Positions 49,420 to 59,912 of a stretch of 64,000 bases of DNA are shown here, piece by piece (position 1 is the first letter of the stretch; each line of letters opens with the position of its first letter). Below the pieces are notes generated by a model that saw nothing but the letters and a program-made list of their open reading frames with translations, was not told where the DNA came from and did not search any database. The position numbers were made by a program, and so were the translations under genes. Source of the DNA: a candidate division FCPU426 bacterium. Lineage in GTDB: Bacteria; Oederibacteriota; Muellerivitia; Muellerivitales; Muellerivitaceae. The DNA is taken from the NCBI GenBank assembly GCA_963830915.1, contig CAWHOE010000054.1, positions 25,907 to 89,906 on the forward strand, given 5' to 3'.

Positions 49420-50424
49420 ATGACGGTTTATTCCTACTCCCGCATTAACACATTTTTCACCTGTCCCGCCCAATTCCAATATCGTTACCTGCTGAAGACG
49501 CCCTCGCCTCTCCCCCAGGGCATCGAGCTTTTCCTGGGATCCCGATTCCACGAGAGCATGGAATATCTTTACCAGCAAGTCCCTAAACGGATCCCCACGG
49601 TCAACGAGATGATGGACCACTTCAAGACCCATTGGGATAAGCACTGGCAGACGGCGCTCCAAAAACAGAAAGAAATGAATTTCAATACGCCCCTTCGCAT
49701 TGTTCGGGAAGGCCAGACGGTGGAGGATTATTTCGAGAAGGGACAGCTCTTCCTTGAGAATTACTACCACCAATACCATCCCTTCGATCAGGACCAGACG
49801 GTCGGCATAGAGATGAGGGTGGCTTTCGACCTGGACGAAAAAAAACAGTACAAAATGCAGGGTTTTATCGACAGGCTGGGCCGGGATGAAGAGGGAACCC
49901 TGTGGATCCACGACTATAAGACGAGCGCCCAGAAAATGAGCTCGGAGGACGTGAAGAGCGAGGACCAATTGGCCCTTTATCAGATTGGATTGTTACAGAA
50001 CCCCAAGTTCAGCGCGAAGGAAAAGATCAAGCTCATTTGGCATTTCGTCGCCTTCGAGAAGGACCAGGTGATCGGGGAAAGGAATCCCAAGGAGATCGAG
50101 TGGCTGAAACAAAAATACGTCTCCAAGATCAAGACCATCGAGAGCGCGAAGGATTTTTCCCCTAAGACCAGCGCCCTTTGCGGTTGGTGTGAGTATCTAC
50201 CGATTTGTGAGGAAGGGAAGAAGGCCGTCGAGAACAGGCGAAAGAAAAAGGAAGAGTCGAATGGATCGCCATCTACGGTTGCGAGCGCCGTTGAGACGCC
50301 CGAACCCATGAAACCGGCCCCGGTCGAGGCCCCTGTCGGAGCCGCCGCGCCAGCGGTGAAACCGATCCGCAATAGAAGATCAAGCTTTAAACCCGACAAC
50401 CCGGACCAACTACCACTCTTTTAA
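49420..50424 (+). CDS. Solo RecB/Cas4-like PD-(D/E)XK nuclease with Fe-S cysteines
   Basis: SYS......CP, G...H, G.IDR, I.DYKT, QL..Y, C.WC.....C. Confidence 0.88.
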   Translation: MTVYSYSRINTFFTCPAQFQYRYLLKTPSPLPQGIELFLGSRFHESMEYLYQQVPKRIPTVNEMMDHFKTHWDKHWQTALQKQKEMNFNTPLRIVREGQTVEDYFEKGQLFLENYYHQYHPFDQDQTVGIEMRVAFDLDEKKQYKMQGFIDRLGRDEEGTLWIHDYKTSAQKMSSEDVKSEDQLALYQIGLLQNPKFSAKEKIKLIWHFVAFEKDQVIGERNPKEIEWLKQKYVSKIKTIESAKDFSPKTSALCGWCEYLPICEEGKKAVENRRKKKEESNGSPSTVASAVETPEPMKPAPVEAPVGAAAPAVKPIRNRRSSFKPDNPDQLPLF

Positions 50425-50437
50425 AATCGAACCTCCC

Positions 50438-52555
50438 TCAAGAGGGAAGTTCTGACCTTTCGTTGATCAATTTTTCCAGCGCATCCTGAAGCTCCGGATT
50501 CTTCTCCCCCATGAGGGTTTCAACGAATTGCCAGGCTTCCGGTTTGTTCAATTTGGTCAAGGCATCGATGGCCGCCAATCGGACAGGAACGGAACAAGTT
50601 TTTCCCTTCAATAAAGGCTTTTTGCGAGCGATGTCCTGCAGGAAGGAACAAGCCTTGTTATCCCCCAGATCCCCCAAGGCCTGACAAACGGAGATGAGGA
50701 ACTGGTCGTTCTTCCCGTATCTTTCAGTTCGCATATGGGCGGCCTTGAAAAGCACGGGTAAAGACTGGTTGAACCCGATCTTTCCCAGAACCCGGGCCGC
50801 CATGGCGGCTATCTCCTCTTCATCATCAAAAAGGGCAAGCCGCAGCGCTGGTCCGCCCGCGGGGTCCTTGATCTCCTCGATGAGGCCGATCAAGTTCAGT
50901 TTCAATTCCCGGTTTCCCCGGCCCATCCAGGCCGAAAGCTGTAGGGAAAGGGCCGGATCCATCCCGGAGATCCTCAGGATGGGGATCAAGGTCCGGACTT
51001 CGGCCTCCGTCTTGAGGTCAGGAAGCTTTTCACAGAGGACCGAACGCAAGGGTTCCTTGATCTGGGAAAGAATATTGAATAATTCCATTTTCTCGGTCGA
51101 CTTGGCGTTGAAGCAATCCTCCAGCAGCAAGGGAGCGGCCATCTCGCCAAGGAGGGGGAAGAACTTCAAACGGTCCGCTTGATAGGCGCAGCGCACAAGT
51201 TTGCGGACCAGGGTGGGGTTGGACCTCTCAAAGAGCCAGTGGCGGGCAATGCGGGAGCGCTCGGGAAATGTCATGAGATCCTCGTCAGCGTGGAAATGCA
51301 AAGTGGAAAGCAGGGTCAAGACCGATGGTTCGTTCTTGGTTTCCAAGGCTGGTTCGATCAAGTCCCAGGCCAAAAGCAATCCACTCTGATAAAGCCCCGG
51401 ATAAGTTTCCCTGGACAAGAGTGAATTCAACCGGTCCAACACCCGGCCCAGAAGCTCCTTGTGATGCACCCAGGGGCGGGCATCCATCAAGTGGGTCAAG
51501 GCCAGCTCCCGCTCGTACCGGTCCCCGGAAAGTCCGGAGGAAATACCATCCACGGCTTTTTCCACCAACTCGATCTTGCCCTCCGCGCCCCATTGGGCCA
51601 GGCAATCATTCACCAGCCCGGCGGTGGCCGGATCGAACAGCACGGTGGTCCAATCGTTCTTAACGGCCACTTCCAACAACGGAACCATGGCCTCCACGGC
51701 TTTGTTCTCCAAGAGTTCACCGGAAGGAGCCTTGAACCATTGGCAGATCCCCTCGAATTGGGGGGACGCTTTTTCCAAACGGCCCAGCAGGCGGTCAAAA
51801 AGCTTCTCGAAGGCCTTGATCAGGATCGTCATCTCCGGGGAAGAATCGATGTATTTCCTTTGAAGCTGGGCGAATTGCCAGGCTTCCGCCAGGAAATTCA
51901 AAAGGGCCTCGTTGGCCACGGCGGAGATCTTTTCAGGAGCGGCAGGGGAAGGGAAGGCTACGACCCTGGACGCGGGGGTTGGGATGGGAGAGGGAACGGA
52001 CGTAACTATACCGGCGGAAGCGGCTACTGAAGGTTTTGATTCTTGAGAGGAAGGTACAGGCGGTACGTTCGCCTCCAGAGGGAAGTTTTCTACGAGCGTA
52101 TGAGGTTTGGATTCGGTCTTCTCGAGGGTCTGATTTTCCTCGAGAGTCATTTCCCGAAGATGGGCAGGGCTATCCGTTACTGGCTCATCCTCTTTCCGGG
52201 TGACCGGAAGTGTGATCCGTTTGAGCCAGCGGACCAGCTCTGTATAGGCTAGTCCATCCTCCATCACGATGCCGGGACATTCCTTGTCCTCCATGGTTTT
52301 CAGGAGGACATCGACCTGGGAGAAATCCCAATCGTTCAGCAGAAGTTTGCCGTTCTTGGGATAAAGCACAAGAAGCCCTGTTTCCGTTAAGAATTTGACC
52401 AGGTCCTTATGAAGTTTTTGGACCGACTGGACCACGAAAGGACTATCGGTGGAATAAAAAGAGACATAACTGACGGCGGTCTTGAAGTCGCGGATCAATT
52501 GGGGAAGCGCGGTTTGGAGAGACTCAGGGATCGGCGCCACTTGAACTTTTCGCAT
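50438..52555 (-). CDS. HEAT-repeat protein
   Basis: C-terminal repeats AA..LG.IG, ALG.LG, VR.AA..AL; Pro-rich linker. Confidence 0.7.
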   Translation of the reverse strand: MRKVQVAPIPESLQTALPQLIRDFKTAVSYVSFYSTDSPFVVQSVQKLHKDLVKFLTETGLLVLYPKNGKLLLNDWDFSQVDVLLKTMEDKECPGIVMEDGLAYTELVRWLKRITLPVTRKEDEPVTDSPAHLREMTLEENQTLEKTESKPHTLVENFPLEANVPPVPSSQESKPSVAASAGIVTSVPSPIPTPASRVVAFPSPAAPEKISAVANEALLNFLAEAWQFAQLQRKYIDSSPEMTILIKAFEKLFDRLLGRLEKASPQFEGICQWFKAPSGELLENKAVEAMVPLLEVAVKNDWTTVLFDPATAGLVNDCLAQWGAEGKIELVEKAVDGISSGLSGDRYERELALTHLMDARPWVHHKELLGRVLDRLNSLLSRETYPGLYQSGLLLAWDLIEPALETKNEPSVLTLLSTLHFHADEDLMTFPERSRIARHWLFERSNPTLVRKLVRCAYQADRLKFFPLLGEMAAPLLLEDCFNAKSTEKMELFNILSQIKEPLRSVLCEKLPDLKTEAEVRTLIPILRISGMDPALSLQLSAWMGRGNRELKLNLIGLIEEIKDPAGGPALRLALFDDEEEIAAMAARVLGKIGFNQSLPVLFKAAHMRTERYGKNDQFLISVCQALGDLGDNKACSFLQDIARKKPLLKGKTCSVPVRLAAIDALTKLNKPEAWQFVETLMGEKNPELQDALEKLINERSELPS

Positions 52556-53138
52556 AGTGTCCTCCTATTTCGGGGAAAGGATGCCGTATTTCAAGCGGTC
52601 GGGGTGAATGATGATTGGTGATGCCCAGCTCTTGATTTCAAACTAACACTCCATGGGCCAGAAAAAAAGCAAAGTGAGGACAATGTTGGGAGGGTCGTTT
52701 TACCCTACTGGCAAGGTTGAACGGTTTCAGAAACCCGCATTAAGGTAAACCTTTCGATTGGGCCGAATAAGGGGAGCAAGCTTAAAGGAAGTGGAGGACA
52801 GTAATCTTCTTAGGAAATATTTCTCCACCTCAAGGCATTCAGAAAGGGCTCCGCCCAACTTGTTCCATGTTGTTCGAACCGGCTGTTCGGTCGCGCGGTC
52901 AGAAACGAGAGCGACCATTTGATAGATCATTTTTTGAACCGGGAATGTTTATTTTTTTTGAATTTTTTGTTTTAGCGATTCGACAACGAACAACCTACAC
53001 GGCAAACAAGTCACGGGGCCATATTCTTGAGAACCTTATGACGGATATCATAAGGTTAATGAACACCCGGTCCTAAAATTCAACAAAGAAAAGGCCGATT
53101 CTCGGTTTTTCGCTGAATAAGGACAAAGGGAGTTTTCG

Positions 53139-55949
53139 ATGGAACTCTTGGGTTTTCTCATCTTGTTCCCGCTCATTCCAGCGGTACTTCTGGCGGTGAT
53201 CCCCAATCAAACACTCAGGGGGTGGTTGGTCCGCCTTAGTGTCCTGGTCATCGCGGCGGCTTCCATCTACTTGGCGGTCCAATACCTGGGACATCCGGCA
53301 TTTTTCAAGATGGATGACCCCTGGACCGAAAAGGGGTTGTTGACAGGCGAACTGCTTCTGACCTTGTTCCTTCTATATCAATGCAAGGACATCAAGCGCC
53401 AGGAAGCCTGGATACCTGTCCTTCTTTTGGCCCAGGCCGGCGTGATGGCCTATACGGAATTCGGCGTCGGATTGCTTCCCGTCGATAACTCTCTATATAT
53501 AGATAACTTCTCCATCATCATGGCCCTGATCATCGGCATCATCGGCGGGTTGATCTGCGTGTATGCCGTGGCTTATATGAAGGATTTCCACCACCATCAC
53601 CCCCAGATGAAGGACAAACGGCGGGGCTTTTTCTTCCTGCTCTTTTTCTTCCTTTCGGCCATGTTCGGGGTGGTTTTTTCCAACCATCTGGGCTGGCTTT
53701 TCTTTTTCTGGGAAATTACGACCCTCTGTTCCTTCATGATGATCCGCTATACCGAGGAAGAGGAAGCCAAACGAAACGCTTACCGCGCCCTGGGATTGAA
53801 CCTGATGGGCGGGGTCGGTTTTTCCCTCGCCTTGATGTTTATGGCTCAAAACCACCTGCCTTTTGCCCTGGATCATTTGATCGATCTGGGCAAGACGGGT
53901 GTCCTTGTCGCCGTCTTGCCAGCCACACTCATCTGTTTCGCCGGGTTGACCAAGTCCGCGCAATTGCCCTTTAGTTCCTGGCTATTAGGCGCCATGGTGG
54001 CCCCCACACCCGTGTCCGCCTTGTTGCACTCCAGCACCATGGTGAAAGCGGGCGTGTTCATCATCGTCAAATTCGCGCCTGTCATGGAAAAGAACCCCAA
54101 AGTCGGTTTCTTCCTCGGACTGGTCGGCGGGGTGACCTTCCTGGTCGCTTCCCTGGCCGCGGTGACCCAGAGCAACGCCAAAAGGGTGTTGGCCTATTCT
54201 ACCATCGCCAATCTGGGCCTGGTGGTAGCTTGCGCCGGAGTTGGATCCCCCGAGGCCATCTGGGCCGCGATCCTTCTGATCATCTTCCACGCCATCTCCA
54301 AGGGCCTCCTCTTCCAGGCGGTTGGTACGACCGAACACAAGATCGGGAGCCGGGATATCGAGGATATGGATGGGCTCATCATCACCCACCCGGGATTGGC
54401 CTTCACTCTCTTGATCGGCATCCTGGGTATGTTCCTGGCGCCTTTTGGTATGCTCATCAGCAAATGGGCTTGTTTGGAAGCTTTCATGGTTTCCAATCCC
54501 TTATTGGCCATCCTGTTGGCTTTCGGAAGCGCCCCGACCCTCTTTTTCTGGGGCAAGTGGATGGGCAAATTGATCTCCATTCCGAGCGTAGAAAGGGTTC
54601 CAGAGCATGTCAGTGGCGACGAATGGACATCCCTGGGGATCCTCTCCATTTTGACCATGGCCGCTTGCGGATTGTTCCCTGTGATTTCCCGCTTTGTGAT
54701 CATCCCTTATCTGGGGAACGGAGCTGGGGACATGGGTCCATTGGCCCAAGGTAATGTGACCATCATGCTGATCATGTTGGGGTTGATCCTGATCACGCCT
54801 TTGGCTTTCCTGTTCTATCCGCGTAAGGAGATCAAGGCTCCCATTTACCTTTCCGGGGTCAATGTGAACAACGGCAATTCCCAATTCCGAGGGCCTATGT
54901 TCCAGAACTATGGGGTCGAAATGAGGAATTATTACCTGACCTCGGTCCTGGACGAAAAGGGACTTAATTTCGGCGGCGGCGGCGTTGCCATCGCGTTCAC
55001 TCTCGCCATGTTTTGGATGGCCTTCACGACATTAGGAGGAGCGGTCCTTTTGCCGGGCTTGGCCGCCCAAGCGTCCACCCTCTCCTTCGATCTTTCCCAG
55101 ACTTTGTTGGTGTTCTTATTGTTCCTTATTGGCGCTCCCGTCCTGGGAGGGTTGTTGGCCGGGATGGACCGTATCGTGACAGCCCGCATGCAGGGCCGGG
55201 TAGGCCCGCCGATCCTTCAACCTTTTTATGATGTGATGAAACTGATGGATAAACGTACCGTCGTCGTGAACGGGTACCAGACCTATTACGCTTTTTGTTT
55301 CCTGTTGTTCATGCTCATGACCGGGACACTTTTTTTCCTGGGAGGCGATCTTCTGTTGGTGGTATTCGCCCTTACCATTTCCGCCCTTTTCCTGGTTTTG
55401 GCGGGGTTTTCGCCTAATTCCCCTTACAGTAACATCGGCGCGGAAAGGGAACTGCTCCAGATGATGGCGTATGAACCCATGCTTCTATTGACCGTTTTGG
55501 GGATGTATCAGGTGACACGCAGCTTCAATGTGGACACCATTTTCATTTCCAAAACGCCGCTGCTTTATCTGTTGCCTGGAATTTTTCTTGGGTTCCTTTT
55601 CATCCTGACCATCAAGTTGCGCAAATCGCCTTTCGATCTCTCGACCTCCCATCATGGTCACCAGGAACTGGTAAAGGGTCTGACCACAGAGTTCTCGGGA
55701 TCGACCCTGGCCCTGATCGAGATCGGCCATTGGTACGAGAATGTTTTCTTATTGGGACTGATCTATCTTTTCTTCGCCGCATTCTCACCGTGGATCGCCA
55801 TCCTGGCGACGGTGGTGGTTTACCTGTTCGAGATCCTCATCGATAACGCTTACGCCCGGCTGACTTGGCAGATCACGGTCCGTTCGTCCTGGATGATCGC
55901 CCTGGTTTTGGGCGTTACCAACCTGTTGTTGCTGGTTTATCTCAAGTAA
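53139..55949 (+). CDS. echAB: Ech hydrogenase membrane subunits A and B as one fused ORF
   Basis: EchA motifs WEITT, KSAQ.PF..WL.GAMVAPTPVSALLHS; EchB motifs ARMQGR.GPP..QP.YD, GA.RE..Q...YEP, KSPFD.S.SHH.HQE. Confidence 0.88.
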   Translation: MELLGFLILFPLIPAVLLAVIPNQTLRGWLVRLSVLVIAAASIYLAVQYLGHPAFFKMDDPWTEKGLLTGELLLTLFLLYQCKDIKRQEAWIPVLLLAQAGVMAYTEFGVGLLPVDNSLYIDNFSIIMALIIGIIGGLICVYAVAYMKDFHHHHPQMKDKRRGFFFLLFFFLSAMFGVVFSNHLGWLFFFWEITTLCSFMMIRYTEEEEAKRNAYRALGLNLMGGVGFSLALMFMAQNHLPFALDHLIDLGKTGVLVAVLPATLICFAGLTKSAQLPFSSWLLGAMVAPTPVSALLHSSTMVKAGVFIIVKFAPVMEKNPKVGFFLGLVGGVTFLVASLAAVTQSNAKRVLAYSTIANLGLVVACAGVGSPEAIWAAILLIIFHAISKGLLFQAVGTTEHKIGSRDIEDMDGLIITHPGLAFTLLIGILGMFLAPFGMLISKWACLEAFMVSNPLLAILLAFGSAPTLFFWGKWMGKLISIPSVERVPEHVSGDEWTSLGILSILTMAACGLFPVISRFVIIPYLGNGAGDMGPLAQGNVTIMLIMLGLILITPLAFLFYPRKEIKAPIYLSGVNVNNGNSQFRGPMFQNYGVEMRNYYLTSVLDEKGLNFGGGGVAIAFTLAMFWMAFTTLGGAVLLPGLAAQASTLSFDLSQTLLVFLLFLIGAPVLGGLLAGMDRIVTARMQGRVGPPILQPFYDVMKLMDKRTVVVNGYQTYYAFCFLLFMLMTGTLFFLGGDLLLVVFALTISALFLVLAGFSPNSPYSNIGAERELLQMMAYEPMLLLTVLGMYQVTRSFNVDTIFISKTPLLYLLPGIFLGFLFILTIKLRKSPFDLSTSHHGHQELVKGLTTEFSGSTLALIEIGHWYENVFLLGLIYLFFAAFSPWIAILATVVVYLFEILIDNAYARLTWQITVRSSWMIALVLGVTNLLLLVYLK

Positions 55950-55961
55950 AAGAGGTCCGAC

Positions 55962-56420
55962 GTGAGCTTTTTCAAAAAATCGCCCTGGGTCCTTCATTAC
56001 GACGCCTCGAGCTGCAACGGATGCGATATCGAGGTCTTGGCCTGTCTGACGCCGGTCTATGACGTGGAACGTTTCGGCATCATCAACACCGGCAATCCCA
56101 AACACGCCGATATCCTGTTGATCACCGGCTCCGTCAACGAGCAGAACCTGGAAGTAGTCAAGAACCTCTATAGCCAAATGCCCGACCCCAAGGTTGTGGT
56201 GGCCATCGGGGCCTGCGCCCTTTCCGGCGGCATCTTCAGGGATTGTTACAACGTCAACCGGGGCGTGAATTCCACGATCCCTGTGGATATCTATGTGCCA
56301 GGCTGCGCGGCTCGCCCCGAGGTCATCATCGACGGGGTGGTGCAAGCGCTGGGGGTGCTGGAAAATAAAGCGGCAGCCTTTAAGAAAAAAACCGTGGCGG
56401 AAAAGGCGGTGGCCTCATGA
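55962..56420 (+). CDS. echC: Ech hydrogenase small subunit
   Basis: KSPW, SCNGCDIE, GNPKHAD, GACA..GG.F, PGC..RPE. Confidence 0.93.
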   Translation: MSFFKKSPWVLHYDASSCNGCDIEVLACLTPVYDVERFGIINTGNPKHADILLITGSVNEQNLEVVKNLYSQMPDPKVVVAIGACALSGGIFRDCYNVNRGVNSTIPVDIYVPGCAARPEVIIDGVVQALGVLENKAAAFKKKTVAEKAVAS

Positions 56421-56830
56421 TGATCGAACAACAGCCCTTGGAGAACCTGGACCGTTCCCAACTGGTGGCCAAGGTCGAGGAACTCAAGAAATCCAATCAC
56501 CGGTTGATCCAGGTCAGCGCCACCACGCTCGCCGAGACATTCGAGATCACTTATAGCTTCGAGGCCGACCAAAAATTCATCAATCTGCGCCTGCAAGTAC
56601 CCCGCACCGACGCGGTGGTCCCCAGCATCACCGGGGTATATTTTGGCTCCTTTACCTATGAGAACGAGCTTCAGGACCTATTCGGAGTGAAAGTGAACGG
56701 CCTAAAACTGGATTTTGGCGGGAAGTTCTACATGCTGGCCAAGAAAACGCCGTTCAACCAGACCAAGGCCGAGGCCGACGCGGCCGCCAAGACCGCGGTG
56801 GAAAACAAACCCTCCAGCGAGGCTAAATAA
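56417..56830 (+). CDS. echD: Ech hydrogenase subunit D (NuoC-like)
   Basis: RL.Q, YSF, PSIT..Y.....YENE..DLFG. Confidence 0.88.
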   Translation: MMIEQQPLENLDRSQLVAKVEELKKSNHRLIQVSATTLAETFEITYSFEADQKFINLRLQVPRTDAVVPSITGVYFGSFTYENELQDLFGVKVNGLKLDFGGKFYMLAKKTPFNQTKAEADAAAKTAVENKPSSEAK

Positions 56831-56831
56831 C

Positions 56832-57912
56832 ATGAGCAAACAAACCATCATCCCATTCGGTCCCCAGCATCCCGTTCTTCCCGAGCCGATCCATTTGGAC
56901 TTGGTCCTGGAGGATGAGAAAGTCGTCCAAGCTATCCCTTCGGTCGGTTTCATCCACCGGGGTCTGGAAAAACTGGCCGAGAAGAAGGAATTCGCCGAGA
57001 TGATCCACGTGGCCGAACGCATTTGTGGGATTCTGCAGTTTCATCCATGGCATGAGTTTCTCGGTGGCCGTGGAAGGGGTTATGAAGATCGAGGTTCCCG
57101 AGCGGGCCCAGTATCTGCGGGTTCTTTGGAGCGAGATGTCCCGTATCCACAGCCATTTACTTTGGCTGGGTTTGGCGGCGGACGCCTTTGGTTTCGAGAG
57201 CCTCTTCATGCATTCCTGGAGAGTTCGGGAAAAGCTTTTGGATATGGTGGAAGCCACGACCGGCGGCAGGGTCATTTTTGGGGTCAGCAAGGTCGGGGGC
57301 GTGCGCCGGGATATCGATACCGAAACGCTGAAAGGGATGATGGGAGAATTCAAGGCGTTGGAAGAACAATGCCGGGAGATTACGACCGTATTCGAGAAGG
57401 ACACTTCGGTCAAGCGCCGCACGGTGGGCGTGGGGATGCTCCCCAAAGAGGACGCATATCTACTGGGGGCGGTGGGTCCGATGCTGCGGGCCAGCGGGAT
57501 CTCTTCCGATACCCGGATGTTGAAGTACGCCGCTTACGGGGACCTGGATTTCGCCCCGGTGGTCGAAACGGGATGCGATTGCTACGCGCGGACCATGGTC
57601 CGAGTGCGGGAAGTTTACCAATCATTCGATATCATCCGACAAGTCATCGCCAAGATCCCAATGGGCCCAGTTGACGTCAAAGTGACCGGCACCCCCAACG
57701 GTGAGTATTACGCCAGATTGGAACAGCCGCGAGGCGAGGTCATTCATTATGTCAAAGGCAACGGCTCCAAGTTCCTCGAGAGGTTCCGGGTCCGCACACC
57801 GACCTTCGCCAACGTGCCCCCCTTGGTGCACACCCTGGCCGGATGCCAATTGGCGGACGTGCCGGTGATCGTATTGTCGATCGATCCTTGTATCAGCTGT
57901 ACGGAGAGGTAA
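56832..57912 (+). CDS. echE: Ech [NiFe] hydrogenase large subunit (one +1 frameshift at ~57031)
   Basis: PFGPQHP.LPEP, HRG.E, ERICGICS (restored across the shift), EQPRGE, C-terminal DPCISCTER with no extension. Confidence 0.92.
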
Positions 57913-57915
57913 CCC

Positions 57916-58311
57916 ATGCCCTTTTTCAAGATGTCCAAAGTCGTCCTGAAAAGCGCCGTAAATAAGCCGGCGACCCGCCTTTATCCTTTCGAGGTGCGCC
58001 CCGATATCCCCCAAACCAGGGGCCGTATCGAGATGACCATCGATAACTGCACCTTCTGTACCTTATGCGCCCGTAAATGCCCCACCGGGGCCATTGAAAT
58101 GGACCGCAAGAGCCAGCCGAGGGTCTTCACCCTGGACCGGTTCAAATGCATCCTTTGCGGGGCTTGTGTGGACGCTTGCTTGACGAAGAATTCCATCCAT
58201 GTGGACGACCATTACGCGCCTCCCACGGATAAGCACGGAGTGGTGACCTGGACCCAGGCCACCCCGCCGCCTAAACCTCAAAGTCCCGCCGCCCCGGCAG
58301 CCTCCGCCTAG
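57916..58311 (+). CDS. echF: Ech hydrogenase 2[4Fe-4S] subunit
   Basis: PAT..YP, C..C..C...CP and C..C..C...C. Confidence 0.9.
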   Translation: MPFFKMSKVVLKSAVNKPATRLYPFEVRPDIPQTRGRIEMTIDNCTFCTLCARKCPTGAIEMDRKSQPRVFTLDRFKCILCGACVDACLTKNSIHVDDHYAPPTDKHGVVTWTQATPPPKPQSPAAPAASA

Positions 58312-58406
58312 GATCCAGCCAAGGGTTGTTTCCATAGACAGTTCCCTTGTTTATGGCCCATTGTCCCCTTTACCATAGGAACAAACCGATCAAGAAGGCT
58401 TCGTCC

Positions 58407-58742
58407 ATGCATGAATACGGGATCGCTTCCAATATCGCCGACCTGGTCCTGGAAAATTGCCATGGGAAACGCTTGGAAAAAGTGAACCTGGACGTGGGAG
58501 CGCTGTCGGGGATATTCGATGAATCCCTTAAGATGTATCTGGGCATCATCCTTGAGGATAAAGGGCACAAGAACGTAGAATTGGTGACCCGATTCGTTCC
58601 CGCCGCTTTCCAGTGCGTCTGTGGGAAGGAATACACGGCTGAAAAAATGACCGACGCCTGTCCCTTTTGCCAGGGTTATGACCGGAAGATCACCGCTGGC
58701 AAAGATTGCGTCGTGGAAAGTATCGAGGTGGGCGATGACTGA
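58407..58742 (+). CDS. hypA: Hydrogenase nickel metallochaperone
   Basis: MHE start, G.LSG, C.C and CP.C. Confidence 0.92.
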   Translation: MHEYGIASNIADLVLENCHGKRLEKVNLDVGALSGIFDESLKMYLGIILEDKGHKNVELVTRFVPAAFQCVCGKEYTAEKMTDACPFCQGYDRKITAGKDCVVESIEVGDD

Positions 58743-59379
58743 GAAGATATCCATACAAACATCCGCTTCGTCCAAGAACGACCAGATCGCGGCCGAGAAC
58801 AGGGATTTCTTCAAGAAGAACGGTCTTTTGGCCCTCAATCTGATCAGTTCCGCCGGTTCGGGCAAGACATCCCTTTTGGAAGCCATGGCCAAGAAATATG
58901 GCAAGTCGCTCGCGGTCATCACCGGTGATATCCAGATGACCTATGACGCCGACCGGATCACCCAGGCCGGGAGCTTGGCGGTCCAGATCGAGACCCACGG
59001 CACCTGCCATTTGACCGCCGCCATGATCCAGGACAAGCTCAAGGAAATGGACTTAAAGGACGTAAAATTACTGGTCATCGAGAACATCGGCAACTTGGTA
59101 TGTCCCTCGACCTACGATCTGGGCGAGAAATTCAAGATCGCCCTGGTCAGCACCGCCGAAGGCGACGAGAAACCCATCAAGTATCCCGCCCTTTTCCTGA
59201 GGGCCAGCGTGGTCATGGTCACCAAGATCGACCTGATGCCCTATGTGAATTTCAACCTGGAGAGGGTCAAAAGCGATTGCCTGAAGCTCAATCCCAACGC
59301 CCGTTTGATGACCACGTCCTGTAAGACCGGGGAAGGGCTGGACGAATGGTATGGATATTTGGAAGGGTTGATGGCTTGA
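58735..59379 (+). CDS. hypB: Hydrogenase nickel incorporation GTPase
   Basis: GSGKT, CHL.A, EN.GNLVCP, EG..KP.KYP, TKIDL. Confidence 0.95.
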   Translation: MTEKISIQTSASSKNDQIAAENRDFFKKNGLLALNLISSAGSGKTSLLEAMAKKYGKSLAVITGDIQMTYDADRITQAGSLAVQIETHGTCHLTAAMIQDKLKEMDLKDVKLLVIENIGNLVCPSTYDLGEKFKIALVSTAEGDEKPIKYPALFLRASVVMVTKIDLMPYVNFNLERVKSDCLKLNPNARLMTTSCKTGEGLDEWYGYLEGLMA

Positions 59380-59436
59380 ACTTTCAGCGGATGGGCGCGA
59401 CCCTGTGATCGGGTCCCAATTGGGTCTGGCCTAAGA

Positions 59437-59904
59437 CTAGACCGGCGTCGTGGAGAATTCCCCTAAAATACCATCGATATATCCTTGCAGGTTTTTGGCC
59501 AAGGTTTCCGAAAGACCTATCTTTGGGCTCATGAATTCAGGCTCGATACCGTAGATCACCACTTCCTCAGCGCTTTCCCCCAAATTCTTGGCTGTTTCCA
59601 ACATCTCCAACAAATCACCCTCATGCAAGGATAAGCGGGGAAGGGTTTTCTCCGACTTGACCTGACCGGGAAGGAAACGGCGGATGGTGCCGGGGACTTC
59701 TCCCATCAGTGCGCAATCAAGGAAGACCACCTTGTGGTGGTGACTGAGGGAATGAAGGGCGGTCAGGATGGATCCGGCGGTGTCGATCAGGTCGACCGAA
59801 AGGGGCAGACGAGAGTCCCGCCTCAATCGCTCCAGGATGAATACGCCGATCCCCTCATCCCCCATCAGGGGGTTCCCCAAAGCGATGATGGCGTCCCGAT
59901 CCAT
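59437..59904 (-). CDS. Hydrogenase maturation protease
   Basis: GN.LMGDEG.G, D.A..G..PG, SLH; ATG 59904 just after the large-subunit stop. Confidence 0.9.
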   Translation of the reverse strand: MDRDAIIALGNPLMGDEGIGVFILERLRRDSRLPLSVDLIDTAGSILTALHSLSHHHKVVFLDCALMGEVPGTIRRFLPGQVKSEKTLPRLSLHEGDLLEMLETAKNLGESAEEVVIYGIEPEFMSPKIGLSETLAKNLQGYIDGILGEFSTTPV

Positions 59905-59912
59905 GGCGGGTC

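Noticed and set aside
49420..50424. CRISPR-associated Cas4
   Set aside because: No cas1/cas2 or array nearby; treated as a solo RecB-family nuclease.
52556..53138. Small ORFs or a c-di-GMP riboswitch upstream of ech (GGCAAAC at ~53001)
   Set aside because: The ORFs lack RBS and motifs; the GAAA loop and second stem of the riboswitch are absent.
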